DNA from: a virus
Taxonomy: Duplodnaviria; Caudoviricetes
IMG/VR virus record: IMGVR_UViG_3300025030_000042
Reading direction: 5' to 3' (one strand)
DNA length: 64,000 bases
Part shown: positions 10,446-20,850 of the stretch, one piece after another
How the letters are laid out: every line of letters begins with the position of its first letter
Position numbering within the stretch: the first letter of the stretch is position 1
Notes under the pieces: model-generated
Database searches by the model: none
Seen by the model: the letters and a program-made list of their open reading frames with translations, nothing else
Told to the model about the DNA's origin: nothing
Program-made: the position numbers and the translations under genes

Positions 10446-11122
10446 TTATTTTCCTTTTCAAAAACTACATCGCACGAATTTCTTATTCTATATTCTTCCG
10501 GAAAGTTATTTTGATCATATGTAAAATATCTTATACTATCACTAAAAGAAGTCGGCATATATTCATTATTTCTCAAAAAACTATATATATCGCCAAGTCT
10601 TATAAAAAGATAAGGAATCTGTGTATCATCTTTCCAAGTTTGAAGTGTCAAATATGTTTCTTTTATGCTTCCAGCGGCAAAATCTTGAAATATCATTTTT
10701 TCTGGATTACATAAATCTATTACTTTTTGAAGTGCTACTTGATAGTTTTCAGAATATTGAAGCGCCGATTTCACAAAGAACTTATTTATTTTTATTTTTG
10801 GAATATCCGAATAAAACTCAACAACACCACTATCTTTTAAAAGTTCTTTTCCTCTTTCACATATTTTTTGTGTTTCAACTACAATATACTTTTTAACTTT
10901 TTTGTTTATTGTAAAATAACTTAATGCTAACGACCCGCCAAAATCCATAACGACATCATTATCTTCAATATTATTATTTAAAAAAGCATTTATATTCTTA
11001 TTATGTTTCAAAAACTTTGTCGTTTCCATTTCAACCCACTCGTTTGTTTCAAGAGTAGATTTTCTCGAATCTTTGATTTCATCTAAACTTTTATATATTC
11101 CATTCCAAATATATGTTGTCAT
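10442..11122 (-). CDS. TIGR04325-like SAM methyltransferase
   Basis: VMDFGGSLALSY, IVVET, SALQY. Confidence 0.75.
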   Translation of the reverse strand: MTTYIWNGIYKSLDEIKDSRKSTLETNEWVEMETTKFLKHNKNINAFLNNNIEDNDVVMDFGGSLALSYFTINKKVKKYIVVETQKICERGKELLKDSGVVEFYSDIPKIKINKFFVKSALQYSENYQVALQKVIDLCNPEKMIFQDFAAGSIKETYLTLQTWKDDTQIPYLFIRLGDIYSFLRNNEYMPTSFSDSIRYFTYDQNNFPEEYRIRNSCDVVFEKENK

Positions 11123-11337
11123 TGAATAATGTCCAAGTTACAAGTCAATGTATATTCTTTATATGAAGTCCCCATCCAATAAACCAATACGGGTTTCCAA
11201 GCATTATCCCCACATTTAAGAACGACACCATATGTTTTATTATATTTATCTTTAACCAGAGATCCCTGTTTAATATCTATATAATCACATTCAAAATCTT
11301 TATATTGAACTATTGGATTTATAGATTTAATAATCAT
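11119..11337 (-). CDS. KOW/SH3-like microprotein (divergent)
   Basis: IKQGSLVKDKYNKTYGVVLK...VLVYW. Confidence 0.55.
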   Translation of the reverse strand: MIIKSINPIVQYKDFECDYIDIKQGSLVKDKYNKTYGVVLKCGDNAWKPVLVYWMGTSYKEYTLTCNLDIIQ

Positions 11338-12276
11338 TTTATTCCGTAAACAGTTTTATTGTTTCGTTAATCTTCCCACTTTACCACAACATTATATCCA
11401 TTTTGACGATACACTTCTTCTTTTTCTAAAGTTTCTTGATAAACATCTTTATTTAATTTTCCAATTACAGGATGAATTTCTTCTAAATTTAAAAAATTTG
11501 GATGAGCATGCCAAAATTTTCCATGAAATAAAAAAACTGTATTAGCGATTAAAGAAAAACCATCGGCACATAATCTTTTATATTTTCCTTTTTCGAGTTT
11601 TAAATGTTTTTCTCTTTCTAAATCAGAAAATTAATTTCTATTTTATCCAGCCACTCTTGTGATGGTTTTGAAATATGAGCAGAACTACACCTTCGACAAC
11701 CATATCTTATTGTTTTTGATAGATGTGAGTTTGGAGTTATCCAAAATTCTCCGTGTCTCAAACACATAAGACAAACTTTAGTATGATTATTAACATATTT
11801 AACTTTAGAATATTCAAACATATTTCCATATTTATTAATTGATTTTTCTATAAATTCCTCCTTATTGGAAACTTTTATTTTCGATAAATATTCATAAGCA
11901 CATTTTTTACAACCTTTTCCATTTAAATGATCATATGGAAGTTGTTCAAAATATTCATGTTTTTACATCTAATCAACACTTTACAATGTGCAGTTTTATA
12001 ATCAACTAACGAATAATCATATCGATCGCCATGAATATTATAGGATTCTAAAATAAATTCATCTCTAGTTTTTTTATCTTTATCTTGCGCGCATTTTTTA
12101 CAACCATTTCCATATAAATGAGCAGACGCTCGTTGAAAAAATACTCCATGTATTTTACAAATTATATTGATTTTACTATCAGTGTTTATATATACACTTT
12201 CAGAATAATCATATTTATCACCATAAATATTTTTTGCTTCTTCAATAAATTGTTGAATTGTTTTCTTTTTTACCAT
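11338..12276 (-). pseudogene. Frameshifted homing endonuclease (repeated YGDKYDYSxVxY...ICKxHG Zn modules + Vsr/PD-(D/E)xK-like C-terminus)
   Basis: Three ORF pieces join if one base is added in an A5 run (~11960) and a T4 run (~11627); tail reads CADGFSL..TVFLFHGKFWHAHP...GYNVVVKWED. Confidence 0.8.
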
Positions 12277-13169
12277 TAACTCAAATTTTTTAATAATCTT
12301 AAAGTTTTTTTAATTTCATTTTCAAGATTTTCTTTTGGTTTATATCCAAATTTTTTAATTTTATCAAAATTTACTTTATATGAATATTGATTTAACAATG
12401 GTGTATCAACAAAATTTAATTGTGTATTCAAATTATATTTCTTTATAATAGAAACAATATTATCGAGTCTAAAATTATCCGTTAAAACATTATAAATTTC
12501 ATTTTTTTTTACTTTATCTAATAATATTAATTCAATGACTTGACAAAGATCTTTTAATCCTAAATAGGGACGATACATTGTATAATTTTCAGAAAAAATT
12601 GTTAACGGAATATTTAAACTTGCTTGCCAACAAAACTTATTAATACAGGTTTGAAAGCGTATACCAGATGAAACACCAAAAATTGTAGCCAATCTCAAAA
12701 TAATATAATTCTTAATATTTTCTTTTAAAAAATTTTCAGTTTGATATTTTGTAATAGCATAAGGAGATTGGGGAGATATTATTCCGTTTTCATATACAAT
12801 TTCCTTATTTTTCCCATATACCGAAGTGGTAGAAAACATTATTATTCTTTTATTTTGTATTTTTTTAAAAAATTCAATTGTCTTGTAATAGTTTTCTTCC
12901 CAAACAAATTTTTCATTTTCAAAACTATTTGGAGCATCAACAATATTTGCTAAATGTAAAATTACATCTATATTTTGTAATTCCTCATCTGTTAAATCAA
13001 TATAATCTTTTAATAAAAACTTAAAATTTTTTCTTTTTAAATTGAATAGTGAACAATATCTTTGTGTTAATAAATTATCTACTCCGACAATATTATATTT
13101 CTTATCTAAATTTCTAATTAAATAAGATCCCAAATGCCCGCAAACGCCTGTAATCATTACATTTTTCAT
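12276..13169 (-). CDS. NAD-dependent epimerase/dehydratase (extended SDR)
   Basis: ITGVCGHLGSY, STTSVYG, SPYAITK, LRLATIFG. Confidence 0.9.
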   Translation of the reverse strand: MKNVMITGVCGHLGSYLIRNLDKKYNIVGVDNLLTQRYCSLFNLKRKNFKFLLKDYIDLTDEELQNIDVILHLANIVDAPNSFENEKFVWEENYYKTIEFFKKIQNKRIIMFSTTSVYGKNKEIVYENGIISPQSPYAITKYQTENFLKENIKNYIILRLATIFGVSSGIRFQTCINKFCWQASLNIPLTIFSENYTMYRPYLGLKDLCQVIELILLDKVKKNEIYNVLTDNFRLDNIVSIIKKYNLNTQLNFVDTPLLNQYSYKVNFDKIKKFGYKPKENLENEIKKTLRLLKNLS

Positions 13170-13172
13170 ATA

Positions 13173-13541
13173 TCACCAAGTTTCTCCAAAATGCCCCGGT
13201 TCTACTTTTTGTTCATCTGCCGGATCATATTTCCTATCAATATAATACATCATTATTGTATCATCTTCAAGAGCGCAATATCCGTGCCACATATAAACTG
13301 GTATATTTACCGACTCACCTTGTTTTAAAATGACCCATTTCACTTGTTTTTCTGGATTAAGATTATCTACAAGACCTACTTTTAAAGAACCTTTAAGACA
13401 GACCCATTTTTCATTTTGTGTCGAATGAATTTTAAATGCGTTTTTTTTATCTTTCTTCGGAAATGTAACATTTATTTGAATATTATGAATATCCACAACA
13501 TCGTATAAACGCAACCCTTTCTCATCTTCAAATCTATTCAT
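13173..13541 (-). CDS. RmlC-like cupin (sugar 3,5-epimerase family)
   Basis: FEDEKG, AFKIH, IPVYMWHGYCALEDDT, YDPADE. Confidence 0.75.
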   Translation of the reverse strand: MNRFEDEKGLRLYDVVDIHNIQINVTFPKKDKKNAFKIHSTQNEKWVCLKGSLKVGLVDNLNPEKQVKWVILKQGESVNIPVYMWHGYCALEDDTIMMYYIDRKYDPADEQKVEPGHFGETW

Positions 13542-13542
13542 C

Positions 13543-13710
13543 TTAACATACCTTTGTTAGATTATCTACGTGGCATATCCAAAATTTGGATATACTTAAA
13601 AAGTATACATCATAAAGATCACTAAAAATATCTTTTTTGAGAATAATCCCAACACCCGATAATCGTACGCCGTCAACCAATTCATAATAAACTAAATCAC
13701 CCGTTTTCAT
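13543..13710 (-). CDS. KOW/SH3-like microprotein (below ORF-track cutoff)
   Basis: Manual translation MKTGDLVYYELVDGVRLSGVGIILKKDIFSDLYDVYFLSISKFWICHVDNLTKVC; similar to the adjacent ORF. Confidence 0.7.
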   Translation of the reverse strand: MKTGDLVYYELVDGVRLSGVGIILKKDIFSDLYDVYFLSISKFWICHVDNLTKVC

Positions 13711-13891
13711 TGATGTTCACCTTTATTAAGTTATCCCGATGACACAACCATATTTTTGATATTTTATTATTAAAAAAATACACTTTATAAAGCCCATATA
13801 CATTCATACTTAACATCAATCCAATAGCATTATTTTTTATAAGGTTAATATTATTTTTATTTTTATATACAACCAAATCGCCTACTTTCAT
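13697..13891 (-). CDS. KOW/SH3-like microprotein
   Basis: MKVGDLVVYK...IGLML...YKVYF...WLCHRDNLIKV. Confidence 0.7.
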   Translation of the reverse strand: MKVGDLVVYKNKNNINLIKNNAIGLMLSMNVYGLYKVYFFNNKISKIWLCHRDNLIKVNINENG

Positions 13892-15177
13892 AAATCTTCT
13901 TTACCAATAATACGAATCTCTGGAATATATTCAATAAACTTGCCTCCACGATCCAAGAAATCTTTTTCTTTTTTAAAGATTTCTTCTCTAAAGTTCCAAG
14001 CAGACAACAAATAATAATCCGGAACAATCTCTTTTTCTTTTAACTGTTCCGGGGAAACAATCGGAATACTTTTACCTGGCGAATATTTCCCCTGTTTCTC
14101 TGGGGTTGTATCAATAATATATGGCACCAAACTTTTTCCAATATTACAATAGTTATAAACTACTGTGCTCTTGCTGGTTGCTCCATATCCAACGACATTT
14201 TTTTTCCCTTTTTTTAAAGCAATCAACAAGTGAACAAGTTGTCTTTTATTTCTTCTCACGCCGGCAGCAAAAGAAACATATGTTACATATTTTGTTATTC
14301 CGAAATCTCGTTCTTCAAATATCGCATCCGCTACGCTACCATCAACATCTTCTTTTAATTTTTGTGATTCTTTTTTGACGGCATAAAACCTATTTGAACC
14401 GCCGTGCGTATTGACTTTTTCTATTTTATGTATTTTCATTCCCGCGCGATCCAAAAATACCTTCATCGAGTGGGCACAAAATAGATAAGCGTGTTCGTCA
14501 TATATTTGTTCATATGAACCAAGTTTCAACATTTCCAAAAGCGACGGATCCTCAAAAATAAAAACTCCATCATCATTCAATACTTCTTGAACACTTTTAA
14601 ATGCTTGATAAAGTCTGGAAATATGACACATACAGTTGGCAGAATAAACGACATCAAACTTGCCTTGTTCTGTCAACATTTTATCTTTCAAAGGCTCATC
14701 CCAGAACTCACTATATGTTGTGTATCCAAGTTCTTGCGTGATTTTGGCAAAGTTACCACACGGTTCTACAGCAACTACCTCTTCTGGTGTAAAGTTTTTG
14801 ATAAAAATTCCATCGTTTGAACCAACTTCCATAACTCTTTTTGGAGAAAACTCTTTTTTTATTTGTTCCGCAACTCTTTTGAAATGTTCTCGCATTGTGT
14901 TGGACATAGAAGAACGATAAGGATAATGATCGTGAAATAACATTCGTTTATCCGGAATCATTCCCAGAGCGACCAAACAACTATCTGGATCGAATGTGGC
15001 ACTCAAATTAAATCTAAACTCATAATCCGGATATTGCCCGATTAAAAATGCGTTTGCTAACGGTTGTAATCCAAGTTCTATAAATGTTATTCTTTCTCTT
15101 TGATGATTTTTTTCAAGTTTTACGCTACCGCCGAGTCTTTTTTTATCTGTAGTAATCATTATTTTAGTGTCTCCCAC
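13888..15177 (-). CDS. NDP-sugar C-methyltransferase (Zn-binding + class I SAM)
   Basis: LGLQPLANAF, EVGSNDG, YEQIYDEH, NTHGGSNR, GYGATSKS, LSAWNF. Confidence 0.9.
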   Translation of the reverse strand: MGDTKIMITTDKKRLGGSVKLEKNHQRERITFIELGLQPLANAFLIGQYPDYEFRFNLSATFDPDSCLVALGMIPDKRMLFHDHYPYRSSMSNTMREHFKRVAEQIKKEFSPKRVMEVGSNDGIFIKNFTPEEVVAVEPCGNFAKITQELGYTTYSEFWDEPLKDKMLTEQGKFDVVYSANCMCHISRLYQAFKSVQEVLNDDGVFIFEDPSLLEMLKLGSYEQIYDEHAYLFCAHSMKVFLDRAGMKIHKIEKVNTHGGSNRFYAVKKESQKLKEDVDGSVADAIFEERDFGITKYVTYVSFAAGVRRNKRQLVHLLIALKKGKKNVVGYGATSKSTVVYNYCNIGKSLVPYIIDTTPEKQGKYSPGKSIPIVSPEQLKEKEIVPDYYLLSAWNFREEIFKKEKDFLDRGGKFIEYIPEIRIIGKEDL

Positions 15178-16115
15178 ATATCCAATACATCTTGTGTCGC
15201 TTTTACGATTTCTTTATGTTGTGGTTCTGGGAGTGGCATTAAAGGCATTCGTTCATTTCTACTCATTAATCCACAATATTCTAAAGAAGAACGCAAAGAA
15301 ATATGCCAACCGTATTTCTTGGCAATCTTCAAATACGGCTGTTCTATATTTTCAACTATCTGTTTACATTTTTCTTTATTGCCTTCCTGATATGATTTGT
15401 AAAATGTAGTAGATATTTCTGGAGCAAATGATCCAACGCCTATTAAATATGATTGAGCCCCATATGGTTCACTGTTCATATATTGTTCTTTTGCGCGACC
15501 TGAAACAAGTATAGCAAGTTCGTCTTTCAAAGATTTAATAATCTCTTTACTATATTCATAATCTTTTGAATCTTCTTTTAACGCTATTACATTATCTATT
15601 TGAGCAAGTTTTTTAAGTAAATCAATGGGATATGGAATACGAGCACTGGAATGAGTATTTAAATGATCTGCGTGTATCAAAATACCGATATTAGAAGCAC
15701 TTTTAGCAACAAGTTCATAATGTTTCAAAACTTGTTCTTCAAAGTGATATCGCTCACTAAAAATAAGTGAAATGGCATCGGCACCATATTCACTCGCATT
15801 TTGAGCAAAATCACGACTTACTGTCGTTCTACAAGCAAGAGGATCCGCTACTATGACAACGCAATCATTATATTTCTTTTTAATATATTTAGACACATAA
15901 AGATTTAATGTATCTATTTCTTCGTTTTCCAACAAAGTAAATCTTGAAGAATAACACATTGCGTAAAAAACGCGAGCGCCATCTAAATAAAGAAAATCAA
16001 TATAATCAAACAAAACATCGTAATCTATTTCTTCATCATCTTTAAATGGCGGTATTATAGGAAATATCGGTCCTTTGATTTTATTTTTTAGTTCTTCAAA
16101 CTTCGTTGGTTTCAT
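15159..16115 (-). CDS. DHDPS/NanA-family class I aldolase
   Basis: PIIPPFK, IALKEDSK Schiff-base Lys, TIM-barrel length. Confidence 0.8.
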   Translation of the reverse strand: MKPTKFEELKNKIKGPIFPIIPPFKDDEEIDYDVLFDYIDFLYLDGARVFYAMCYSSRFTLLENEEIDTLNLYVSKYIKKKYNDCVVIVADPLACRTTVSRDFAQNASEYGADAISLIFSERYHFEEQVLKHYELVAKSASNIGILIHADHLNTHSSARIPYPIDLLKKLAQIDNVIALKEDSKDYEYSKEIIKSLKDELAILVSGRAKEQYMNSEPYGAQSYLIGVGSFAPEISTTFYKSYQEGNKEKCKQIVENIEQPYLKIAKKYGWHISLRSSLEYCGLMSRNERMPLMPLPEPQHKEIVKATQDVLDMWETLK

Positions 16116-16764
16116 TATATTCCTCTTCGGGTAAATGTTTCCAAGATTCTCGATTTATTATTTTACCTATCAAACATTTTGTAATTTTATGTTTATATTC
16201 TTCATATAAATCGCTATATGAATAGCCATTTTTAAATTTTCTTCTAATATCTAAAACTTCTTCGGGGGTTAATTTTGAATGAAATCCGCTTTCTCTTATT
16301 TTACCCCACATAGGATTATTTTTTCCAGAAACATCATGATGATTTTGACTTATTTTTTCTTTTGTTTCTTCGGTGTGCTTTTTGCCATAAAATGGATTTT
16401 TTTCTCCCTTGAGTGATTCGCTTATTTTCTTTTTTGTTTCTTCGCTAATAATTTTATGACCATTTATGATTCGCTCAATATTATATCCATATCTTTTATC
16501 CCAAGATTTTTTATCTTCTATCCAAAATTGTTCTGCTTCTGCTAAAAAATTTTCACAAACATATTCTATTATTTCAAATACAAAATTTTGTTTACCATAT
16601 TTATCCCAAGCACTTTGAAGATGACAAGAATTTCTTTTCCATTTAAAGTCTATTTTATGCCAAGTCCATCGCTTTCCAAAATTAACAGTGCTTCCAATAT
16701 AAATTTTTCCATTTATTAAATTTCTTATTTGATATATACCACTTTTTAGATTATGACCTATCAT
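16096..16764 (-). mobile_element. GIY-YIG homing endonuclease with NUMOD3
   Basis: SGIYQIRNLINGKIYIGS; GEKNPFYGKKHTEETKEKIS. Confidence 0.92.
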
Positions 16765-16770
16765 CTTGTG

Positions 16771-18654
16771 TTATAATATTCCTTTATATTTTTTTAAATA
16801 ATGTAATCCTTCAAATATTCCAACTCCAAAATTATTATGTTGTTGCCAAATTTCCGTAATCCAGGAAAAATCTTTATCTTTTAAAACTTCTAAAACTTTA
16901 TCAAAATCTATCGTTCCATCTCCAAATTTTAATCCTTCTTCGTTTATATTTTTTGCGTCACTTATATGTAAATGTTGAATAAACGGCTTAACTTTTTGGG
17001 TATATTCTATCAAATCTTCTTTTGCCCAGTTACAATAAAGAGCACTATGACAAACATCATAACACATTTTCAGATTCAAAGCAACACAAAAATCTATCAT
17101 ATGTTCTGCTTTTGTAAAGGCATATTGTGTCCAGTGTCCCGAAAAATACCATGGAAATTTTGGAAGCGATTCTGGCAAAATATTTATTTGTTCTGAAGAA
17201 CAAGACAGTCTCTTGAAATTTTTAATTGCCCTTTCCATCATATCATCTTCATATTTTTCTAATCCCTTTTCTAAACTCATTCCTCCCACATGAACAACCA
17301 CAGAAGGAATACCTTTAAATCTTTGTCCTATTTCTATTGTTTTGTCAATGGTCTTTTGTATTATTTCGACAGATTTATCAACCACATTTTTATCTAAAGA
17401 ACAAAAATCCACCAAAGTTCTATCTACAATTTCCGGAGCATGTATAATAAGTTTTGAGTTTTTATTACTACCTTTAAAATTTATATTTAAATCATTAGAA
17501 GAACAATGAAACTCTATAATTTTAGCATCAATTTGTTTATATTCCTCATAATCGTGAAAACGACATTTTATTCCATAATCCTTTTTAAAATTAAACTTTA
17601 TATTTTTCCAATCTGGAATATCATTACTAAAATCTTCTTTACAAATATATTGTTCTTTTTCTATGTCTCGTTTAATCTCTTTCCCAAAATATTCTTCAAT
17701 CTCATGAGGAAATATTCCTTTTCCCGGAGATTTCCATTCAATTAATTCTTTTATTAATATTGTGCCTTTTTTAATTTTTTTTATTGCCACCGCAGATTTG
17801 GCAAATACTTCTTTATTTAATTTTTCAGCTACATTTACTTTTTTATTACAGTGAAATGATTTTTCAAAATTACGAATATTAGATACCATTTCTTTAAATT
17901 CATTAGGTAACAATGATGAAGAGTGATCTGGTCCTGATTGATTTTTGTTTAAAGTAATATGTTTTTCTATTATTCTTGCTCCTAAAGCAATTGCTCCTAT
18001 TGGAAGAAAAATCCCCGGATCGTGAGATGAGAGTCCTACAACATTTTGTCCCTCTTTTACTAACTCTTTTAAAAATTCAATAAATTTTATTCCAATATCA
18101 GCATAATCGCAAGGATATGTGCTATTAGTTAATAATAAAGCAAAATTTATAATATTATGATCATAATAATAATCAACACATTTTATAATTTCTTTTTGAT
18201 TCCATGTGCCCGTGGAAATAACCAGAGGCAGTCCATACAAGTTACATTTTTTAATCAACTCGTAGTTCACCATATCGGCAGACGAAATCTTAAATGCCTT
18301 CACGCCAAGATTATAACAAAACTCTGCCGACTTTAAATCAAACGGGGTTATGATAAGATCAATATTTAAATCATTACACTTCTTTTTAATAACCGAATAA
18401 TCTTCTTCAGAAAGTTCAGTTTCTTTTAGAATAGGAATAATATAGTCAAAATTCCACTCGGCGGCGTTGCTATCTTCCAATATTTTTTTTGTATAAATCT
18501 CTTCAAGGTTTCTTTTTTGAAATTTGACGGCATTAACACCAGCATTTTTTGATATTTCAATAAGGTCCAATGCTGTTCCAAGATCTCCATTATGATTTAT
18601 TCCAATCTCGGAAATGATGTAAACCTCTTTTCTTATTTGATCAAAAAAACTCAT
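16771..18654 (-). CDS. neuB: Nonulosonate synthase (NeuB) + SAF + C-terminal xylose-isomerase/AP-endonuclease-like TIM barrel
   Basis: ISEIGINHNGD, AVKFQKR, GLSSHD, IEKHIT, GPDHSSSL; C-term DVCH, HLHISDA, TEIWQQH. Confidence 0.9.
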   Translation of the reverse strand: MSFFDQIRKEVYIISEIGINHNGDLGTALDLIEISKNAGVNAVKFQKRNLEEIYTKKILEDSNAAEWNFDYIIPILKETELSEEDYSVIKKKCNDLNIDLIITPFDLKSAEFCYNLGVKAFKISSADMVNYELIKKCNLYGLPLVISTGTWNQKEIIKCVDYYYDHNIINFALLLTNSTYPCDYADIGIKFIEFLKELVKEGQNVVGLSSHDPGIFLPIGAIALGARIIEKHITLNKNQSGPDHSSSLLPNEFKEMVSNIRNFEKSFHCNKKVNVAEKLNKEVFAKSAVAIKKIKKGTILIKELIEWKSPGKGIFPHEIEEYFGKEIKRDIEKEQYICKEDFSNDIPDWKNIKFNFKKDYGIKCRFHDYEEYKQIDAKIIEFHCSSNDLNINFKGSNKNSKLIIHAPEIVDRTLVDFCSLDKNVVDKSVEIIQKTIDKTIEIGQRFKGIPSVVVHVGGMSLEKGLEKYEDDMMERAIKNFKRLSCSSEQINILPESLPKFPWYFSGHWTQYAFTKAEHMIDFCVALNLKMCYDVCHSALYCNWAKEDLIEYTQKVKPFIQHLHISDAKNINEEGLKFGDGTIDFDKVLEVLKDKDFSWITEIWQQHNNFGVGIFEGLHYLKKYKGIL

Positions 18655-18833
18655 TAAACTACCTTTTTATAGCCTTTCTTATGTCCTAAATATAGTTTTG
18701 GAATCATAGAAACGGTATTTGAATCAAGAGAATATATTTTTATCATATTCATAGTTAAATCTAAAATCACTCTATAAAATCTTTTATCACCTATCTCAAG
18801 ATAAACTAAATCCCCAACTTTAAAATCATTCAT
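18654..18833 (-). CDS. KOW/SH3-like microprotein (below cutoff)
   Basis: Manual translation MNDFKVGDLVYLEIGDKRFYRVILDL...KGYKKVV; TAATG coupling to neuB. Confidence 0.7.
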   Translation of the reverse strand: MNDFKVGDLVYLEIGDKRFYRVILDLTMNMIKIYSLDSNTVSMIPKLYLGHKKGYKKVV

Positions 18834-19785
18834 TTTGTAATCTCTCTATATCACTCTTAACCATTTGCACAATAATCTCTTGGAATGAAGTTCTTGGACT
18901 CCACCCCAAAACTTCTTTTATTTTTGTATTATCTCCGATCAAAACATTTGGCGTAGCATCTTTATAATATTTTTTATCAACTCCAACATATTCTTGCCAA
19001 TCTTTTATTCCAATATACGAAAAACCAACATTTAAAATATCTTTTAAAGAATGCGCTTGACCAGTCGCAACAATATAATCTCCTGGCATATCTCTTTGAA
19101 GCATAAGATATATTGCTTCTATGGTGTCCGGCGCATATCCAAAATCTTTTGAAGTTTCAAGATTTCCTAAATATATTTTTTTTTGTATTCCCAGATATAT
19201 TTTCGCAATGCCATCCGTTATCTTTCTTGTTACAAACTCAAAACCTCGTCGTTCGCTATCGTGAGAAAACAAAATACCGTTACAGTTAAACATATCGTAT
19301 GTTTCGCGATATATTTTTGTATACCAATATGCTGCCGCCTTGGAAACGCCATAGGGACTTACAGGAAGAATGGGACTAACTTCCGTAATCATACCAACAT
19401 TTCTGGCGTACATTTCTGATGACCCAGCTTGAAAAAACTTTATTTTTTTTCCATATGACCGGATTGCTTCCAGCAATCTCAAAACACCAAGAGCGGTTAT
19501 ATCGGTTGTTTCTTCGGGATTTTTCCAACTTTCAAAGGGAAATGATTGGGAAGCAAGATTATATATCTCGTCCGGATTGCTTTTTTCAATGGCACCTAAA
19601 AGAGATTTTTGATCCGTTAAACATCCAGTAAAAAATGTTATTTTTCCTTCAAGGTGTTGAGTGTTTATTCTATTTCTTTCTCTTTCTAACCCAAAAACTT
19701 CATAATCTTTTTTCAATAGAAAATCAGCAAGATGAGAACCATCTTGTCCATTGATTCCAGTTATAAGTGCTCGTTTTTTTAGCAT
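18826..19785 (-). CDS. gmd: GDP-mannose 4,6-dehydratase, second paralog
   Basis: ITGINGQDGSHLA, EIYNLASQS, QAGSSEMY, SPYGVSK, FVTRKIT. Confidence 0.9.
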   Translation of the reverse strand: MLKKRALITGINGQDGSHLADFLLKKDYEVFGLERERNRINTQHLEGKITFFTGCLTDQKSLLGAIEKSNPDEIYNLASQSFPFESWKNPEETTDITALGVLRLLEAIRSYGKKIKFFQAGSSEMYARNVGMITEVSPILPVSPYGVSKAAAYWYTKIYRETYDMFNCNGILFSHDSERRGFEFVTRKITDGIAKIYLGIQKKIYLGNLETSKDFGYAPDTIEAIYLMLQRDMPGDYIVATGQAHSLKDILNVGFSYIGIKDWQEYVGVDKKYYKDATPNVLIGDNTKIKEVLGWSPRTSFQEIIVQMVKSDIERLQNE

Positions 19786-19963
19786 ATTTTTTTATATAAA
19801 AGTTCAATATGATTATCAAAATATGTTAAAAATTTCTTATATTTAAAACAATATAACCTATATGTTTGCTTGCCGTTTTTAAAAAAGAAGAGATTACAAA
19901 ATAATCTGGTTCATTTATTTTAACTTTATAAATGTAAACTATAAGATCTCCGGAAGTAATCAT
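19786..19963 (-). CDS. Possible KOW-like microprotein (3' frame uncertain)
   Basis: Begins MITSGDLIVYIY, ATGA-coupled to GT29 stop; fills the gap. Confidence 0.4.
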
Positions 19964-20583
19964 TTTAAAATGATCAGCCCTTCTTCATCAAGTTCAATAA
20001 GAAGATTTTTTTCTTCGTTAACACCGTGATATCCACTCGGTTGTGGGCGAGAACCGTAATAATGTGTTCTAACATATTCCGCATCTTCTTTACCACTATC
20101 AAACCCATAACAAACCGGTCGGACACCAGAAAAAATACAAGTTAAAATAAAACACACACCAACAGTCGGATTTTTTAAAAGATTAAAATATTTTTTATAA
20201 AGTTCCACCGTTCGGTAATCATAAAGAAATACTTGATTACTGGAATGAGTATTTTTATCTTTGTTCCAAAAAGGAACTAAATCTTCGGCAATATATAAGA
20301 TATTCGTGTTTCGCAAATCGCGAATAAAGTATTGCGGTTGATTTGACCATTCATCTTCGCGAAGTTTATTATTATTGAAGACGTGATTATTCACACAGCG
20401 AACAGTAGTTTTACTACCCACCCAACGCTCAAATCCCTCTGTTGGCGCACGATTAAATCGCATTACATCTTCAAAAGCGTCTATTTCTTCTCCATATTCG
20501 GTCTCAACAAGTTTTCCGCTACTGCCAACCACAGCGACACTCTCCGATATTTGAAGTTCTGGATTTACATATAAAAGTTTCAT
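19960..20583 (-). CDS. GT29 sialyltransferase-like protein
   Basis: Sialylmotif L VAVVGSSG..YGEEIDAFEDVMRFNRAPTEGFERWVGSKTT; motif S PTVG...YGF; motif III HYY; VS HxxxxE. Confidence 0.85.
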   Translation of the reverse strand: MKLLYVNPELQISESVAVVGSSGKLVETEYGEEIDAFEDVMRFNRAPTEGFERWVGSKTTVRCVNNHVFNNNKLREDEWSNQPQYFIRDLRNTNILYIAEDLVPFWNKDKNTHSSNQVFLYDYRTVELYKKYFNLLKNPTVGVCFILTCIFSGVRPVCYGFDSGKEDAEYVRTHYYGSRPQPSGYHGVNEEKNLLIELDEEGLIILK

Positions 20584-20850
20584 TTATGTATTCTCGCTTG
20601 GACCGGATAATAATATTGATTTACGACCGACTAAACTATCATTATCAAACTTATAAATCTTATTTTCCAAAAAATCATAAGTTTTATAATCATACTTAAA
20701 ATCTCCTATTCGGCCGTCTTTAAGAGAGAATATTCGTTCTCTCGTTTTAACATCGTCAGTATTGATGGACAATATTAAATAAATCTTGGCTCCTCCAATG
20801 ATATGATTGATGATCAAATCTCCGGGTTTAAATCTAAATATTTTACCCAT
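20584..20850 (-). CDS. KOW/SH3-like microprotein
   Basis: FRFKPGDLIINH. Confidence 0.6.
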   Translation of the reverse strand: MGKIFRFKPGDLIINHIIGGAKIYLILSINTDDVKTRERIFSLKDGRIGDFKYDYKTYDFLENKIYKFDNDSLVGRKSILLSGPSENT

